This document shows positions 9,348 to 19,861 of a stretch of 64,000 nucleotides of DNA, piece by piece. The stretch covers positions 128,001 through 192,000 of the forward strand of contig JBGASG010000003.1 in assembly GCA_044229845.1 (NCBI GenBank), given 5' to 3'. Numbering within the stretch: position 1 is the first letter of the stretch; each line of letters opens with the position of its first letter. The translations under genes were made by a program, and so were the position numbers. The notes below the pieces were generated by a model. The model had not been told where the DNA came from. It did not search any database and worked only from the letters and a program-made list of their open reading frames with translations. The DNA comes from Candidatus Obscuribacteraceae bacterium. GTDB lineage: Bacteria; Cyanobacteriota; Vampirovibrionia; Obscuribacterales; Obscuribacteraceae.

Positions 9348-10307
9348 TTAGATGGAACGCTCGGACTTGCAAACCACGCTGTATTGAAACTCGAATTGCA
9401 CATCCAGTCCTTGTGCCACGCCTTCCGGAAGCGGTGGAAACGGAGCGGCAGCTTGCACGGCTTGTAAAGCAGCTTCGTCAGTGGTGGAATTTTCCGACGA
9501 TCTGTCCAGATGGACCTTAGAAACCTGACCTTGATCATCGATTGTGAAGCCGACTACCACGCGGTCGGTGGCATCAGTGCGGTCGCGATCGAGATTCCAG
9601 TGCGAACTGATTTTGTCCTGCACATCAAACAGGTAGGGCGACAGGTCTTGATACGGACGCATCTTATTGGTGCCGGGCTCGACTTCCCACTCGCTGGCCA
9701 GCAGTTTGTTGCCCAGCTCTTTATCAGAAACCAGACGTAGTTTCGTCACTTTGTGCTTACTAGGATCGCTGTTCGCATCTTCATATGTGGCAACCACGCT
9801 GTCCACCGAGATCACGCCTTTGCGGCTGACTTGCAGCCCTTTTACTTCTTCGAAGTCTTCCAGGCTGTAATCGGCAGCTTGCACCAGTTTGCCTTTCTCC
9901 TGCACAACTACGATCAAATGATTGAACAACTTGCGTCCGCCCATGCTGAACGACAGGTGCAAAGCAGCGTCTTCCTTGCCGTCGCGATTGAGGTCGGCCA
10001 GCACAATGCGCTCGATGGCGATTACTTCGCCATGATCGCGCGCCACACCGTTCTTGAATTGCACGTGGCGATAACCGCAAGAGAAATCGGGCACTTCATA
10101 ATTGCCTTGCTTGAGGCGCCGCACAAGAACGCTCTTGCCGGCAGCACCGGCTGGCTGTGCAGTAGCCGCCTGAGCATTCTGGGCACCACCAATGGTGCCT
10201 GCCTGCGCCGGCCCGGCGGCTAGAGTTACGGAAGCGGCACACCCTAGCACGCCGACAACCAGGGCAGTAATCAGTTTTCGGTTGGCTGAGTGGGTCTTCG
10301 TGGTCAT
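9348..10307 (-). CDS. Exported protein with C-terminal TonB/TolA-like domain
   Basis: Signal peptide; C-terminal 'VVVGFTIDDQGQVS...SSENSTTDEAALQAVQAAAPFPPLP'. Confidence 0.8.
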   Translation of the reverse strand: MTTKTHSANRKLITALVVGVLGCAASVTLAAGPAQAGTIGGAQNAQAATAQPAGAAGKSVLVRRLKQGNYEVPDFSCGYRHVQFKNGVARDHGEVIAIERIVLADLNRDGKEDAALHLSFSMGGRKLFNHLIVVVQEKGKLVQAADYSLEDFEEVKGLQVSRKGVISVDSVVATYEDANSDPSKHKVTKLRLVSDKELGNKLLASEWEVEPGTNKMRPYQDLSPYLFDVQDKISSHWNLDRDRTDATDRVVVGFTIDDQGQVSKVHLDRSSENSTTDEAALQAVQAAAPFPPLPEGVAQGLDVQFEFQYSVVCKSERSI

Positions 10308-10457
10308 CGTAGTATTCCTCGAGATACAAAGTGACAACAAGCCGCCGGGCCGGATGCAATCTCGGCTTCGACTTCTTTACACTCTCAGAATAAGGCGGCC
10401 ATGTAATGACTGTAAGCAGCGCTGGTTAAACAGCAGTAAACAGCTTGTTCGAATTGT

Positions 10458-11957
10458 TTATTGAGTTTCTTCGATAACACTCACCGATAGCCACGGTCCG
10501 CGGGTTTTGCCGGTTAGAGCAGCCCAGTACCACTCGGAGACATCGGTCCATGACCCGCCTTTGCTGTCGGTTATTCGCTCGCGTACCGCCAGTACACTGC
10601 CCGGCTTGGCGGCTGCAAAACTCGCCCAGCGCTCACCACCGGACCGCAGAGCCAATCCCTGCTCCGAAACAGCGTAACCGGCGCCCCGCAGACAGTCTTT
10701 CAGAGAATGCAGTTGCCTGGTTTCATGTTTGATCCAACGCATCAGTATCTGATCGTTGCCGTCTGAAAACTTGGCGATGCGGCCCGGAAAGTTCTGTGCA
10801 AACTTCAGCTCCCAGTCGGACATAGATAGAGGATAGATGACCTGCCCCTCGAATGTTTTGGGCCAGCCATTGAACTCATCGGCATTAGCAACGGAAAGTT
10901 CCTGCACGAAAACGTTCATGCAACTGATCACAACAGCCAGGCAGACGGCCAGCAGATAAAGCAAAACCTGCCGGTGTCCCGGCAAAGCCGGCAGACGCAC
11001 GAAGCGCGGCTCGGTTTTTTCGGAAATCACAGGTTCCATGGGTGACGAAGGGGCTTTGATGCGCGCCGCAAAAATCAACACAACACCAATCACAATCAAG
11101 AAGCTGCAAACTCCAATCACGTCGTGGAAGTAGGGAAACTCCTTGAACCCGTGGTTTTGCACCACCAGTTGAGCCGGCGCCAGCGAAGCCAGGTAAAAAC
11201 CGTAAACCAGCGAGCCGGCGCGCATGACGTTGCCGACGTAGGAAGCGGCGACGGCGATCATAGAGATCAAAACTGTCTGTCTGTTCGAGTAGCCCTTGAA
11301 GCAACTGACCGCCAGAGCTAGATAAACACTCGTCCAGAGCATGCGTAATCCGGCGCAAGGCGCATCGATCGCTACCAGAGATCCATGATAGAGCAGACCG
11401 GTTCCGTCCACCGTCACTCCGGAGACGCCCACCAGAACTGCCACCGTATGCGCCACCGCGACGCGAAGCGGGTAGCCGAAGAAAAACTGCAACGAAGGCA
11501 AAAGCGGCAACGACAAGATCAACAAGGCGAAGTGGCTGAGACGCATCTTTGAGCCACTGCCCGCCGCCGCCGCCATGAAACAAGCAACAATCGACATGCA
11601 CAGTGCCGCCCGCACCAGCATCGGACAGAAAAACTGCGAAACGGCAAAGGCGACCATCAAAATCGCGGGAATCCGCGAATTGGAGAGCAAGGCGCTGGTC
11701 CATCCGGGCAGTTTCTCACGCCGGCAAATTCCGTACACTGCGATGGTGATCAGTGCCACCAGCCCCCAGGGCTCATCCGATGCATCGAATGTGCGCTGCC
11801 AGAGCCAGGACAGCACCGGCAAGAATGCCACCAGCGTCGCCACCAGCACTGTGAGCGCCAGCGACTTTTCGCTGATTAACGGGTCGCAGTCGAATTGACT
11901 TTTCTTCTTCGCGCAGTCCACAGAAGTGCTCCAGTAGCCAGCATGATCAAAAGCCAT
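10458..11957 (-). CDS. Exosortase (XrtQ-like) with C-terminal extracytoplasmic domain
   Basis: Multi-pass protein with the Cys-Arg-His triad 'DAPCAG', 'GNVMRA', 'FHDVIG'; overlaps upstream PEP-CTERM-type gene. Confidence 0.85.
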   Translation of the reverse strand: MAFDHAGYWSTSVDCAKKKSQFDCDPLISEKSLALTVLVATLVAFLPVLSWLWQRTFDASDEPWGLVALITIAVYGICRREKLPGWTSALLSNSRIPAILMVAFAVSQFFCPMLVRAALCMSIVACFMAAAAGSGSKMRLSHFALLILSLPLLPSLQFFFGYPLRVAVAHTVAVLVGVSGVTVDGTGLLYHGSLVAIDAPCAGLRMLWTSVYLALAVSCFKGYSNRQTVLISMIAVAASYVGNVMRAGSLVYGFYLASLAPAQLVVQNHGFKEFPYFHDVIGVCSFLIVIGVVLIFAARIKAPSSPMEPVISEKTEPRFVRLPALPGHRQVLLYLLAVCLAVVISCMNVFVQELSVANADEFNGWPKTFEGQVIYPLSMSDWELKFAQNFPGRIAKFSDGNDQILMRWIKHETRQLHSLKDCLRGAGYAVSEQGLALRSGGERWASFAAAKPGSVLAVRERITDSKGGSWTDVSEWYWAALTGKTRGPWLSVSVIEETQ

Positions 11958-14425
11958 TCGTCCGGTTCCGGGGCGGTCGGCACCATGGCGTTAGTGTCCG
12001 GATTGTTGGGGTCCATTTCGGCGCGCTTGTATTGCTCAGCCGACTCCAGAACCACCGCACCGGACACGGGAGTAACGATGCGAAAATAAGTGGCTAGTTT
12101 GGCGGCTTCGCCGGTTTTTCCGGCGGCAGTCAAACGAGCGCTTTCATCTGCAGCCCAGAGCGCCGAAAGATATGGAGCGGTAACCACTTGACCGTCCTTG
12201 TCTTTAACAGCTTCTCTCAGAGCCAGCGAAGGATCCAACCAAGAATCAGCCACCACTTGCTGGGTGCTATTGGATGTCTGGGCAGGCGTTCTCAGCGGAG
12301 CTCGGACGAATTCGAAATGCGGTTCAGCTCCAGTCCAGGAGGCAAACAGTCGTTTCAGGTCGTCTTGCAACTTAGAGCGCCGCGGCACGCTGATGAAATT
12401 GGTCCTTTGCGATATCACTTCCGCCAGTCGGTCAGGTCCATTGGCAGCTTCGACGTCGTAAATGGTGAGATGACTGCCCTCCTGTCCGCCGGTACTGGCA
12501 TCCAGTTGCTGCTGCAAACGCCAGACATCGTCCGGCAAAACCGGCTGGGGTCCGTGAATCCAGACCACCGTTACATCCTGATGTTGCTTAACCGGCGCCA
12601 TTGCCGCCAGCAATTCTTTGAAATTGTCCGGTCCGCCCTTGCACGGCACACGCGGCAATTCACGAATGGCAAATTCGCGGTTGTGTTCGGAACCGTCGTC
12701 GGAACTGGACGTGAGCGAGGAAATTTCATCCGAAGCCACGCGCACCTCGCTGGTGATGTCGCCGGGCAAGGATTTGAGGGCCTCGGCAATGTCTCCCATA
12801 CTGCTCTCCATCGATCGCCCGCAGTCGACCACGAACGTCACATGCCCGGGCTTTTTGGTCTTCTCCGGCTGCAGCGTCTCGCTGTACGCATAAGGGACGT
12901 CACCCTTGAGTGCATACACTGAACCGGCTCGCACCACATCCGGTGAGCGCTCGGCGATCACCGCAGCACCAGACTGTTCGTACTCGCGACTGTCCACTTC
13001 GCCATGCAACTGATAGAACTTGCCGGGTGGATGGTCCAGTTTCAGTCCCTCGATCGTGGCTTTGCATGCCGTAGGGGATTGGAAAAACACGTTATGCTTG
13101 CCGTCCACGGAAAAGTTGTTTTCCACCAGACGAGGCAGAGGCAGGCGCGCGTGCCCCGCGTCATCGAGCGCGAGCGGGGCGGTGATACCAATGCGGGTGC
13201 GCATCGTACCGCCATGCGCCGGTACCGGGAAGCACTGCAAGAGCACCCGGTCGGGTCCGAGAGTTGTAACCAGAACCGGGTCCCGCTGCCGGTAGACGAC
13301 GGATTTGTAAGCCGACTTTGTTTTCTCTCGCGAGCCGAAAACGGCTTCGTGTGGTTTATCGTTGATCCAGAGGGTCAGGCGGGATACAACTGCCCCCGGC
13401 GGCAATGCGATCTGCGTGCGAGCTTCTTGCTGGGTGTCGGAGTCGTTTTTGAAATTGAAGGTCCACTCTTCATAGCCGACGGCTCCTTGCGGCTCCACAA
13501 CAGCGTTCAAAGAGGAATTATTGAGAGCCAACTTGTTGATCTTGCCCCCGACCTCGTCGCCGCCCACATCCTCATCGCGGGTATTCCAGAGGCGCAAGTC
13601 CCAGCCGAACCCTGTCAGTTCAGGTCGCGGCACAGTATTGAAAGGACGTCCGGTGACCCGGTAGTAGATGCGTCTGGCTTTCTGCTGAGTCGACCAGTCA
13701 TAAGCATTGAGGGCGCCCAGAACTATGTCGGTCATCGTTTTGGGATGGTTGTAGCATTCGTTTAAAAGCCAGGTTTCATTGCCGAAAGCACGCAGCATCC
13801 GGATGCCGCCGCGGCTCATGGCCACATCATCAGAGGCGGACTGCGTCATAGCAATTCGGGTGACGGTGCCCGGCATCTCGGCGAGAGCGAAGCACACCAG
13901 CGCAGCGGTCATACCCATCATCGTGTAACGCGACGGGACCCAAGACCGTGTATGAGTGGCACGACGCTGGACCGCTACGGTCAAGCCGTATGAGCACAGC
14001 AGAGCCAGCAGAGGGCTGAGCGGCAAAAATCCAAGCCCGGCGAGCACGATACACGGCAACGCAATCGGCATGAGCGGGATGAACACAAGTGCATATACAA
14101 GACAGATACCGATCGACACGCCACCGAGCACAGACAATAGGGCAAGGTGGGAAACCTGTTTCCTCCACAAAGTAACGTAGAGCGCCATGTTAGCTATGGG
14201 CACGCTGGCTACGAACACGTAGTGAGGAAACGATGGCAGCGGGTCAAAGAATGCACCACCGCACATGTGGAAAACGGCTTCCACGCCCAACGCGATTGTC
14301 GGCAACACAATTCCGAAGGCCATGACAGCCATATGCATCGCCGTGATTAGAAACTGATTGGCAAGTCCGTCTTTCGGCGGTGCCGCATACTGCACTTTTT
14401 CAACTGGTGGTTCGGTAGAACTCAA
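11876..14425 (-). CDS. Membrane-anchored VIT domain protein with vWA-like region and PEP-CTERM-type sorting signal
   Basis: N-terminal TM helices, VIT 'EWTFNFKN...EARTQIALPPGAVVSRLTLWIN', C-terminal 'PTAPEPDEWLLIMLATGALLWTARRRK'. Confidence 0.85.
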   Translation of the reverse strand: MSSTEPPVEKVQYAAPPKDGLANQFLITAMHMAVMAFGIVLPTIALGVEAVFHMCGGAFFDPLPSFPHYVFVASVPIANMALYVTLWRKQVSHLALLSVLGGVSIGICLVYALVFIPLMPIALPCIVLAGLGFLPLSPLLALLCSYGLTVAVQRRATHTRSWVPSRYTMMGMTAALVCFALAEMPGTVTRIAMTQSASDDVAMSRGGIRMLRAFGNETWLLNECYNHPKTMTDIVLGALNAYDWSTQQKARRIYYRVTGRPFNTVPRPELTGFGWDLRLWNTRDEDVGGDEVGGKINKLALNNSSLNAVVEPQGAVGYEEWTFNFKNDSDTQQEARTQIALPPGAVVSRLTLWINDKPHEAVFGSREKTKSAYKSVVYRQRDPVLVTTLGPDRVLLQCFPVPAHGGTMRTRIGITAPLALDDAGHARLPLPRLVENNFSVDGKHNVFFQSPTACKATIEGLKLDHPPGKFYQLHGEVDSREYEQSGAAVIAERSPDVVRAGSVYALKGDVPYAYSETLQPEKTKKPGHVTFVVDCGRSMESSMGDIAEALKSLPGDITSEVRVASDEISSLTSSSDDGSEHNREFAIRELPRVPCKGGPDNFKELLAAMAPVKQHQDVTVVWIHGPQPVLPDDVWRLQQQLDASTGGQEGSHLTIYDVEAANGPDRLAEVISQRTNFISVPRRSKLQDDLKRLFASWTGAEPHFEFVRAPLRTPAQTSNSTQQVVADSWLDPSLALREAVKDKDGQVVTAPYLSALWAADESARLTAAGKTGEAAKLATYFRIVTPVSGAVVLESAEQYKRAEMDPNNPDTNAMVPTAPEPDEWLLIMLATGALLWTARRRKVNSTATR

Positions 14426-14603
14426 GCAAACACCCTCATGGGTTTCTACACGTTGCTAAGTTCGATGATATCGACGGACCGTAAACCCAGTTAGGCGCCA
14501 ATGTAAAATGCACGATCTCCCTTCGATCAAAAAGTGGCACCAGAGCGGAACCGGCTGCCCTCACGGACAGCCGGCCGATACTGAAGCGATATCACTCTAG
14601 CTC

Positions 14604-15206
14604 TTACGAGATACGGCGGACCTTGTTCTCAGCGCCCAACTCTTGCGTACGGAACTTCTTGATAGCGCATGGATACTGCTTCTGCAGCGTAGCCTGCGCA
14701 CGCGCGGCCACGTAGCAGTTGTCATCTTGCGATAAGAAGTTCAGCACTTGAATCGGCGTCCGGCTGTTTTCAGCCATGTTGTAGCGGACGTCGACGTGCG
14801 GGTCGGATGCCAACATATATAGAGTCTCGGGTGGCGTTTTGTCGTTCTCAGCGACCGCCGCTCTGACTCTGTGGTCTTCCGAACCGGCCAGTTTCACCAA
14901 CGCCTGCCAGGGCGCCTGCGGATTTTCCGCAATTCTCTCTTTTGTTTTCTCGTCTACAACATCAATCATTTGTTCAAGCACCTCTTCAGGGCTCTCCGGA
15001 CTGACTGCAATCAACCAGTGCAGATAACTCAAATGATTGTCTTGCGCCTGAGCCTGCGGGTCTTCCGCCACTTCCACAAACCAGGTCCAGAGCATACGGC
15101 GCAGGACCGTATCGATGTGCTCCGGCCACTGCCATTGCAGGTAGAAGTCGAACGGAGAAGCACTCTCGTTCAGTATTTCCTCACCCATTGTCTTATTCAA
15201 TTCCAT
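14604..15206 (-). CDS. LRV/HEAT-like repeat protein
   Basis: Repeats 'VRAAVAEN.KTP..L..LA.D....VR...AEN'. Confidence 0.8.
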   Translation of the reverse strand: MELNKTMGEEILNESASPFDFYLQWQWPEHIDTVLRRMLWTWFVEVAEDPQAQAQDNHLSYLHWLIAVSPESPEEVLEQMIDVVDEKTKERIAENPQAPWQALVKLAGSEDHRVRAAVAENDKTPPETLYMLASDPHVDVRYNMAENSRTPIQVLNFLSQDDNCYVAARAQATLQKQYPCAIKKFRTQELGAENKVRRIS

Positions 15207-15520
15207 AATTCCTACTTCCTAGAACAAGCCTGCTTAGGCTGCTGCTGTTTATTTACCCGTGACAATCGTCACGCCGTCTGGGGTTTATCCGTATCTTTGC
15301 GGGCAAAATCCCTAGGTCATGCAAAATTTTGTGACACGTTTACCCTGCGACGAAGCGCTGCTGATGCGGTTCCAACGCACATGTTGGACTTTTCCAATTG
15401 CTCTGTTGGAAAACTTTCACCACATGCGGTATCTGCCTCATCCAGCTGAGTCGCTCTGCCAGTGCTGCCGGAACTACAGTTCAGTCATCGCGTCACTGAT
15501 CGCAGCTTACACACACACCG

Positions 15521-16003
15521 GTGATCCTTATGCAAATGCAACCATTTGAATCAAAACCAGAATCCGAAATAGGTTACGTATTTCAGTTCAGTGAAGTGGA
15601 AGAGAAAACGCCGCCCTCGGAAACGGCCTACGAATACGCGCAGCTGTTCGAATGCCAGCTCAAGGCTGCCATTCTTGCTGAAGCAGGGCTCATGAACGAC
15701 ATGAACGAAGGAGACATGCAAGACGGTTTTTGCCTCAGCCATATAGACGACGGCTGGGTGAGCTACAAAGGCATGTCCTGGGGCTTTGTCGTCCACAATG
15801 ATCCGGTGGCGCTGGACATGACTTTTGGTCCCGATTGGCCGTTCGTGGGTCACAGAACTGTCATGCAACCGCAACTCTCCTCGGGCAGAATTATCTGGAC
15901 CGAACGCAATGCCATCGAGCTCGGTACGGTCTGCTGCTCAGCCGAAGACATAGCGCGATTTGGACTGCGCCGGCTCTCTGAGCGTGCAGACAAAGCTGCT
16001 TAG
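15521..16003 (+). CDS. Hypothetical protein
   Basis: 160-aa ORF filling the gap between minus-strand genes; no motif recognised. Confidence 0.55.
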   Translation: MILMQMQPFESKPESEIGYVFQFSEVEEKTPPSETAYEYAQLFECQLKAAILAEAGLMNDMNEGDMQDGFCLSHIDDGWVSYKGMSWGFVVHNDPVALDMTFGPDWPFVGHRTVMQPQLSSGRIIWTERNAIELGTVCCSAEDIARFGLRRLSERADKAA

Positions 16004-16016
16004 ACCACTTCAGGCG

Positions 16017-16793
16017 CTAGGTTTTGGCGGTGGTGCGCACTGCAAACACTATGTATCCGATCACGATTGGAATCGTTATGAAGCCCCAGAATGGCACGAA
16101 TGTGTTTGTGCAACTCATGCCGGTGCTCAGCAGCATGACCGGAGACATAGCGATAATCGCCAGGCGCAACGCCGCGTCGAAGGGCATCGGGCTGCCGGAC
16201 ATCTGTCCAACCACAGCCGCGACGCCGGCGTAGATCAGGGCTTGTAGCGCGTGCAGGCTCCAGAGAAACGGCAGTCCCAAAAGCACAACCAGAATCGGCA
16301 CCCAGATCACGAACATCTTGACCATGCCGTTGATCGTGTCGGAATCGAGCTTACCGTTGCTGCCGATGTCTCCATAGACAGTCCGTTTGCCGTCTTTGGC
16401 CGGAATCATTTCCTTCTTGGTAAAGAGAACTGCTGTTTTGGCATCTTCCGGCGACGAGTATTTGCCGTCCATGTCGAATACAGCCAGCGACATATCTTCG
16501 TCTTTGGAGGTAGGCCAGGGATTGCTGATGGTGTAGGGGGACGGCTTATCGATGCTCATTTCCCCGTCGTGAAAGGTCATCACCGGCAACTGGGCGATAA
16601 TCTTCGTTGCTTCCTTGGAGACAACCATGTTGAGTTGGTACCACCAGCTGACTGCCAGCATGAGCACAATCACGAAGACCAGCCCCAGCAGATAGAGCAG
16701 GTTGGTGCCCTTCCACTGGTAGCGCACTTCGTCGTAAAGACCGGGATCGAAGATAGCAAAAATTGGTGCCTGGACTGCACTGTATTTAGCCAT
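16017..16793 (-). CDS. Membrane protein, DUF1189-like
   Basis: N-terminal TM, soluble loop 'QLPVMTFHDGEMSID', then several TM helices. Confidence 0.65.
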   Translation of the reverse strand: MAKYSAVQAPIFAIFDPGLYDEVRYQWKGTNLLYLLGLVFVIVLMLAVSWWYQLNMVVSKEATKIIAQLPVMTFHDGEMSIDKPSPYTISNPWPTSKDEDMSLAVFDMDGKYSSPEDAKTAVLFTKKEMIPAKDGKRTVYGDIGSNGKLDSDTINGMVKMFVIWVPILVVLLGLPFLWSLHALQALIYAGVAAVVGQMSGSPMPFDAALRLAIIAMSPVMLLSTGMSCTNTFVPFWGFITIPIVIGYIVFAVRTTAKT

Positions 16794-16794
16794 A

Positions 16795-18339
16795 CTAAAC
16801 TCCCTCTGTTTGCTGCACCGTGGGCGGTGGCATTGTCTGTGAGGACGGTGTCTTCGGGGGCATCAGTTTCATTAAAGCGAGATGCGAAATACCCGCCGCC
16901 GCGAAGCCTACGAACCAGCCATAACTATACAGCGGTTTTAAAGGTTCGAAGATCAGTCCGATCCAGGCAAAGAAGCAACCCAGCAAGGTAGCCGCAACCG
17001 CGCGCCAGTTCCAGCCGGCATCGTACGTGTAGGAGCCTTTCAGCAAGTAAAGATCCGGCAGATTCAGTTGCTTGTGCCGCAAGACCCAGTAGTCAACAAT
17101 CATGACTGCGGCAATCGAGCCCAGTCCGCCGGAGTAGCCAACCAACCATCCATCGATATACCGTTCGGGATTTTCGAGCAGTTTCCAGGGCATCATGCCC
17201 ACGCCGATGATGCCGGTGATCAGCCCTCCCGTCCGAAAAGAGATGTAGCGGGGGAAGGCATTGGCGAAGTCATTGGCAGGCGAGACGACATTTGCAGCGA
17301 TGTTCACTGCCAGAGTCGCCACTGCCACCGTAAACATCGCTACAGCTACCAGAATCGGCTGCTCGAAGTGCCCGATCAGTTGCACGGGGTCCCACAGTTG
17401 TTTCATGGGCACGCCCGGGTAAATCACGACGGCAGCAGACGTAATAACGACGCCCAGCGCAGCAAACACCGTCATCGCCGACGGCAGTGCTACCACCTGC
17501 CCGATCGTCTGTTCCCGTTGGCTGCGTCCGAAACGCGTGAAGTCAGGCATGTTGAGGGAAAGCGTAGCCCAAAATCCAATCATCGCCGTCAGGGCCGGCA
17601 CGAACTGGGGCAAGAACTTCCCAAGTGTGTCGAATTTTCCTTGATCCTGAAGCATGTGACCGAGTCCATGAGCTTGATTGACAGCCCATGCGGCCAGCAA
17701 GATGGTCATGATCAGAACAAATGGCGCCGCCAGGCTCTGCACGTATTTGAGCAGACCCATACCCTTATATATGATGAATATCTGCAGCCCCCAGAAGACG
17801 GCGAAGCAAGCCCACTGGGCAACGGAGAATCCGCCCAGCTCAGGCAGCTGGGCAATGGCAGGGCTAATCACTTTCAAAGCCGTATAAATGGCGCTCCCAC
17901 CAATCCATGTCTGGATGCCGAACCAACCGCAAGCAACCAGCGCTCGCATGAGCGCCGGTACATTGGAGCCGATCGTGCCGTAACTGGCGCGCGCAAAGAC
18001 GGGGAAGGGAATACCGTATTTGGTGCCTGGGTGAGAATTCAGCAGGATCGGAATCAATACAATCAGATTGCCGAGCAAAATGGTCAGCAAGGCTTGCCAC
18101 CAGTTCATGCCGCCGGCTATCAACCCCGATGACAGCATATAGGTGGGGATGCAGGCCGACATGCTCATCCACAGCGCGGCATAGTTCCAGGTCGACCAGT
18201 CGCGGCGTGCCACCGGCACTGGTGCAAGGTCATGGTTGTAGAGAGGGCTTCCCGAAATCAGCGACTCGTCTTTGAGATCGACCCGCCCGTCCGTGTGTTG
18301 TACGGTCTGTTCAGTGGAGACCGCCAGCGAATCAGACAT
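16795..18339 (-). CDS. NCS1 family nucleobase:cation symporter (uracil/allantoin/hydantoin type)
   Basis: 'LYNHDLAP', 'GTKYGIPFPVFARASYG', 'ACGWFGIQTWIGG', 'WATLSLNMPDFTRF', 'NIAANVVSPA'. Confidence 0.94.
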   Translation of the reverse strand: MSDSLAVSTEQTVQHTDGRVDLKDESLISGSPLYNHDLAPVPVARRDWSTWNYAALWMSMSACIPTYMLSSGLIAGGMNWWQALLTILLGNLIVLIPILLNSHPGTKYGIPFPVFARASYGTIGSNVPALMRALVACGWFGIQTWIGGSAIYTALKVISPAIAQLPELGGFSVAQWACFAVFWGLQIFIIYKGMGLLKYVQSLAAPFVLIMTILLAAWAVNQAHGLGHMLQDQGKFDTLGKFLPQFVPALTAMIGFWATLSLNMPDFTRFGRSQREQTIGQVVALPSAMTVFAALGVVITSAAVVIYPGVPMKQLWDPVQLIGHFEQPILVAVAMFTVAVATLAVNIAANVVSPANDFANAFPRYISFRTGGLITGIIGVGMMPWKLLENPERYIDGWLVGYSGGLGSIAAVMIVDYWVLRHKQLNLPDLYLLKGSYTYDAGWNWRAVAATLLGCFFAWIGLIFEPLKPLYSYGWFVGFAAAGISHLALMKLMPPKTPSSQTMPPPTVQQTEGV

Positions 18340-18355
18340 GTTTGTGCCTCTGCCT

Positions 18356-19852
18356 CTAGAACTTTTGCATGGTCGCCGAGATATCTATGAACGTGCGCAT
18401 CACGTGCTCGAGCGCCAATAAACCCATTTCGCCCTCTGAAAGTTCAGGAGCGACATTGCGCACATCAAGGCTGGCGGAATCAGCCTGCACCGTCAGGCTA
18501 CTGAGAGCCGGAAACTTCTGGGCAGCCTTGGCGAGCGCCTGATTGAGGACGAAACGCACCTCGTTTTTGCTCGTGATCGCCGACAGGTTGAGCATGATCG
18601 AATTGATCGAATTGACCATGGTGACGAAGTTTTTCACCGGTACCGAACTGAGGGCGATCTCGCCCGTCATGCGCGCACCGGTGGCAGTCATTTTGCGCAG
18701 TTCGCTGGTCGCTTTAGCGGCACCGGGCTTGGCAAACCCGCCGGTCATGCGCATAGTGGAGGCCAGCTTCTGGCTTTCACCGGTGGCCTCGCCAATCTTG
18801 CGCAACATGGACAGACCTTCGGCTGCCGTTTGATCGCGCGCCACATAATTTTCTTTGACGGCAAAACTGATGATCGACAACACAGTGTATCGATCGACCG
18901 GCATCTGGTCACAGACTTCTTCCACAGTGCAACCGGCTTCCATGAGCAGCCAGACCTTGCCTGCCCACTGCGCTTCCGACTCCGGCAGGGAGGTCCAAAC
19001 AGGGAGTTTGCCCTTTTGCGTATATATAGTGTCCGGCCAACCGACTTCTTCCATTGTGCGCTTCAATTCATCCTGCCGGCGCGCACCTTCGATCATCAGC
19101 ATGTGTGGAGGTTTCTGACTGAGCGAAGTATTCTCGGGAATAACTCCCACGTCGCGCTGCTCGAAAGTAAAGTCGTAGGGATCGCTGCGCGACATCAACT
19201 CATAGAGTGCGATTTCACCCGCCAACTGATTGTAAGTGGCGTTGATCAACTTGCCTTTTTTGAGAGCCAGGGTGGCCACCGGCTTGGCACCGCGAGCAAA
19301 CAGGGCAATCACACCGTCCTTATTCGAACTGAGCGCCGCCTGGATGACTGTTGCCAGGTCGAAAAATGCCAGATTGCCCTGCAACGCCGCGGGCTTGAAC
19401 GGCAAAACGCCTGCCATACGCTTGTTGATGATGTCGGCAATAGCAGCCGTCACTTCCGGAAACTTTTTAGTCAGCTCCTTGAGTGAATCGTTAGGAAGCC
19501 GCAGCAAGGTAGCCGTCTCCGGCACTCGCACAGTGGCGCTGCGTGCGCTCTCGTGCAAATAGCCCATTTCGCCGAAACATTCGCCGGCGGTCAGGTATGC
19601 CACCACCTGAGATGGCTCGCCATCACTAACAACTTCCACGGCGCCCTCTTCAACGATAAAGATGGCGTCGGCCTTCTCACCTTTCTTGAAGACGACGTGT
19701 CCGGGACCGCAGAGGACGGTTTCGAACAGCTCACTCAAGTTTTGCAGGGTTTGACTTTCAAGGCTCTGGAAGATGGAACTCTCTTTGAGGAAAGCAGCCA
19801 CCTCCTTGCCTGTTTCCTCCAAAATGTTTTCGATTGTGGTGCTGTCAGACAC
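18356..19852 (-). CDS. Cyclic-nucleotide-binding domain plus DUF4388/PATAN-like domain protein
   Basis: Phosphate-binding cassette 'FGEMGYLHESARSATV'; 'LQGNLAFFDLATVIQ' and 'LMIEGARRQDE'. Confidence 0.82.
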   Translation of the reverse strand: MSDSTTIENILEETGKEVAAFLKESSIFQSLESQTLQNLSELFETVLCGPGHVVFKKGEKADAIFIVEEGAVEVVSDGEPSQVVAYLTAGECFGEMGYLHESARSATVRVPETATLLRLPNDSLKELTKKFPEVTAAIADIINKRMAGVLPFKPAALQGNLAFFDLATVIQAALSSNKDGVIALFARGAKPVATLALKKGKLINATYNQLAGEIALYELMSRSDPYDFTFEQRDVGVIPENTSLSQKPPHMLMIEGARRQDELKRTMEEVGWPDTIYTQKGKLPVWTSLPESEAQWAGKVWLLMEAGCTVEEVCDQMPVDRYTVLSIISFAVKENYVARDQTAAEGLSMLRKIGEATGESQKLASTMRMTGGFAKPGAAKATSELRKMTATGARMTGEIALSSVPVKNFVTMVNSINSIMLNLSAITSKNEVRFVLNQALAKAAQKFPALSSLTVQADSASLDVRNVAPELSEGEMGLLALEHVMRTFIDISATMQKF

Positions 19853-19861
19853 GTTGTTTAC

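Noticed and set aside
17068..18132. Long antisense ORFs (also 19553-20473, 27187-28110, 45249-46118, 58404-59231, 61656-62474)
   Set aside because: Shadows of well-supported genes on the opposite strand in GC-rich DNA, with no family motifs.
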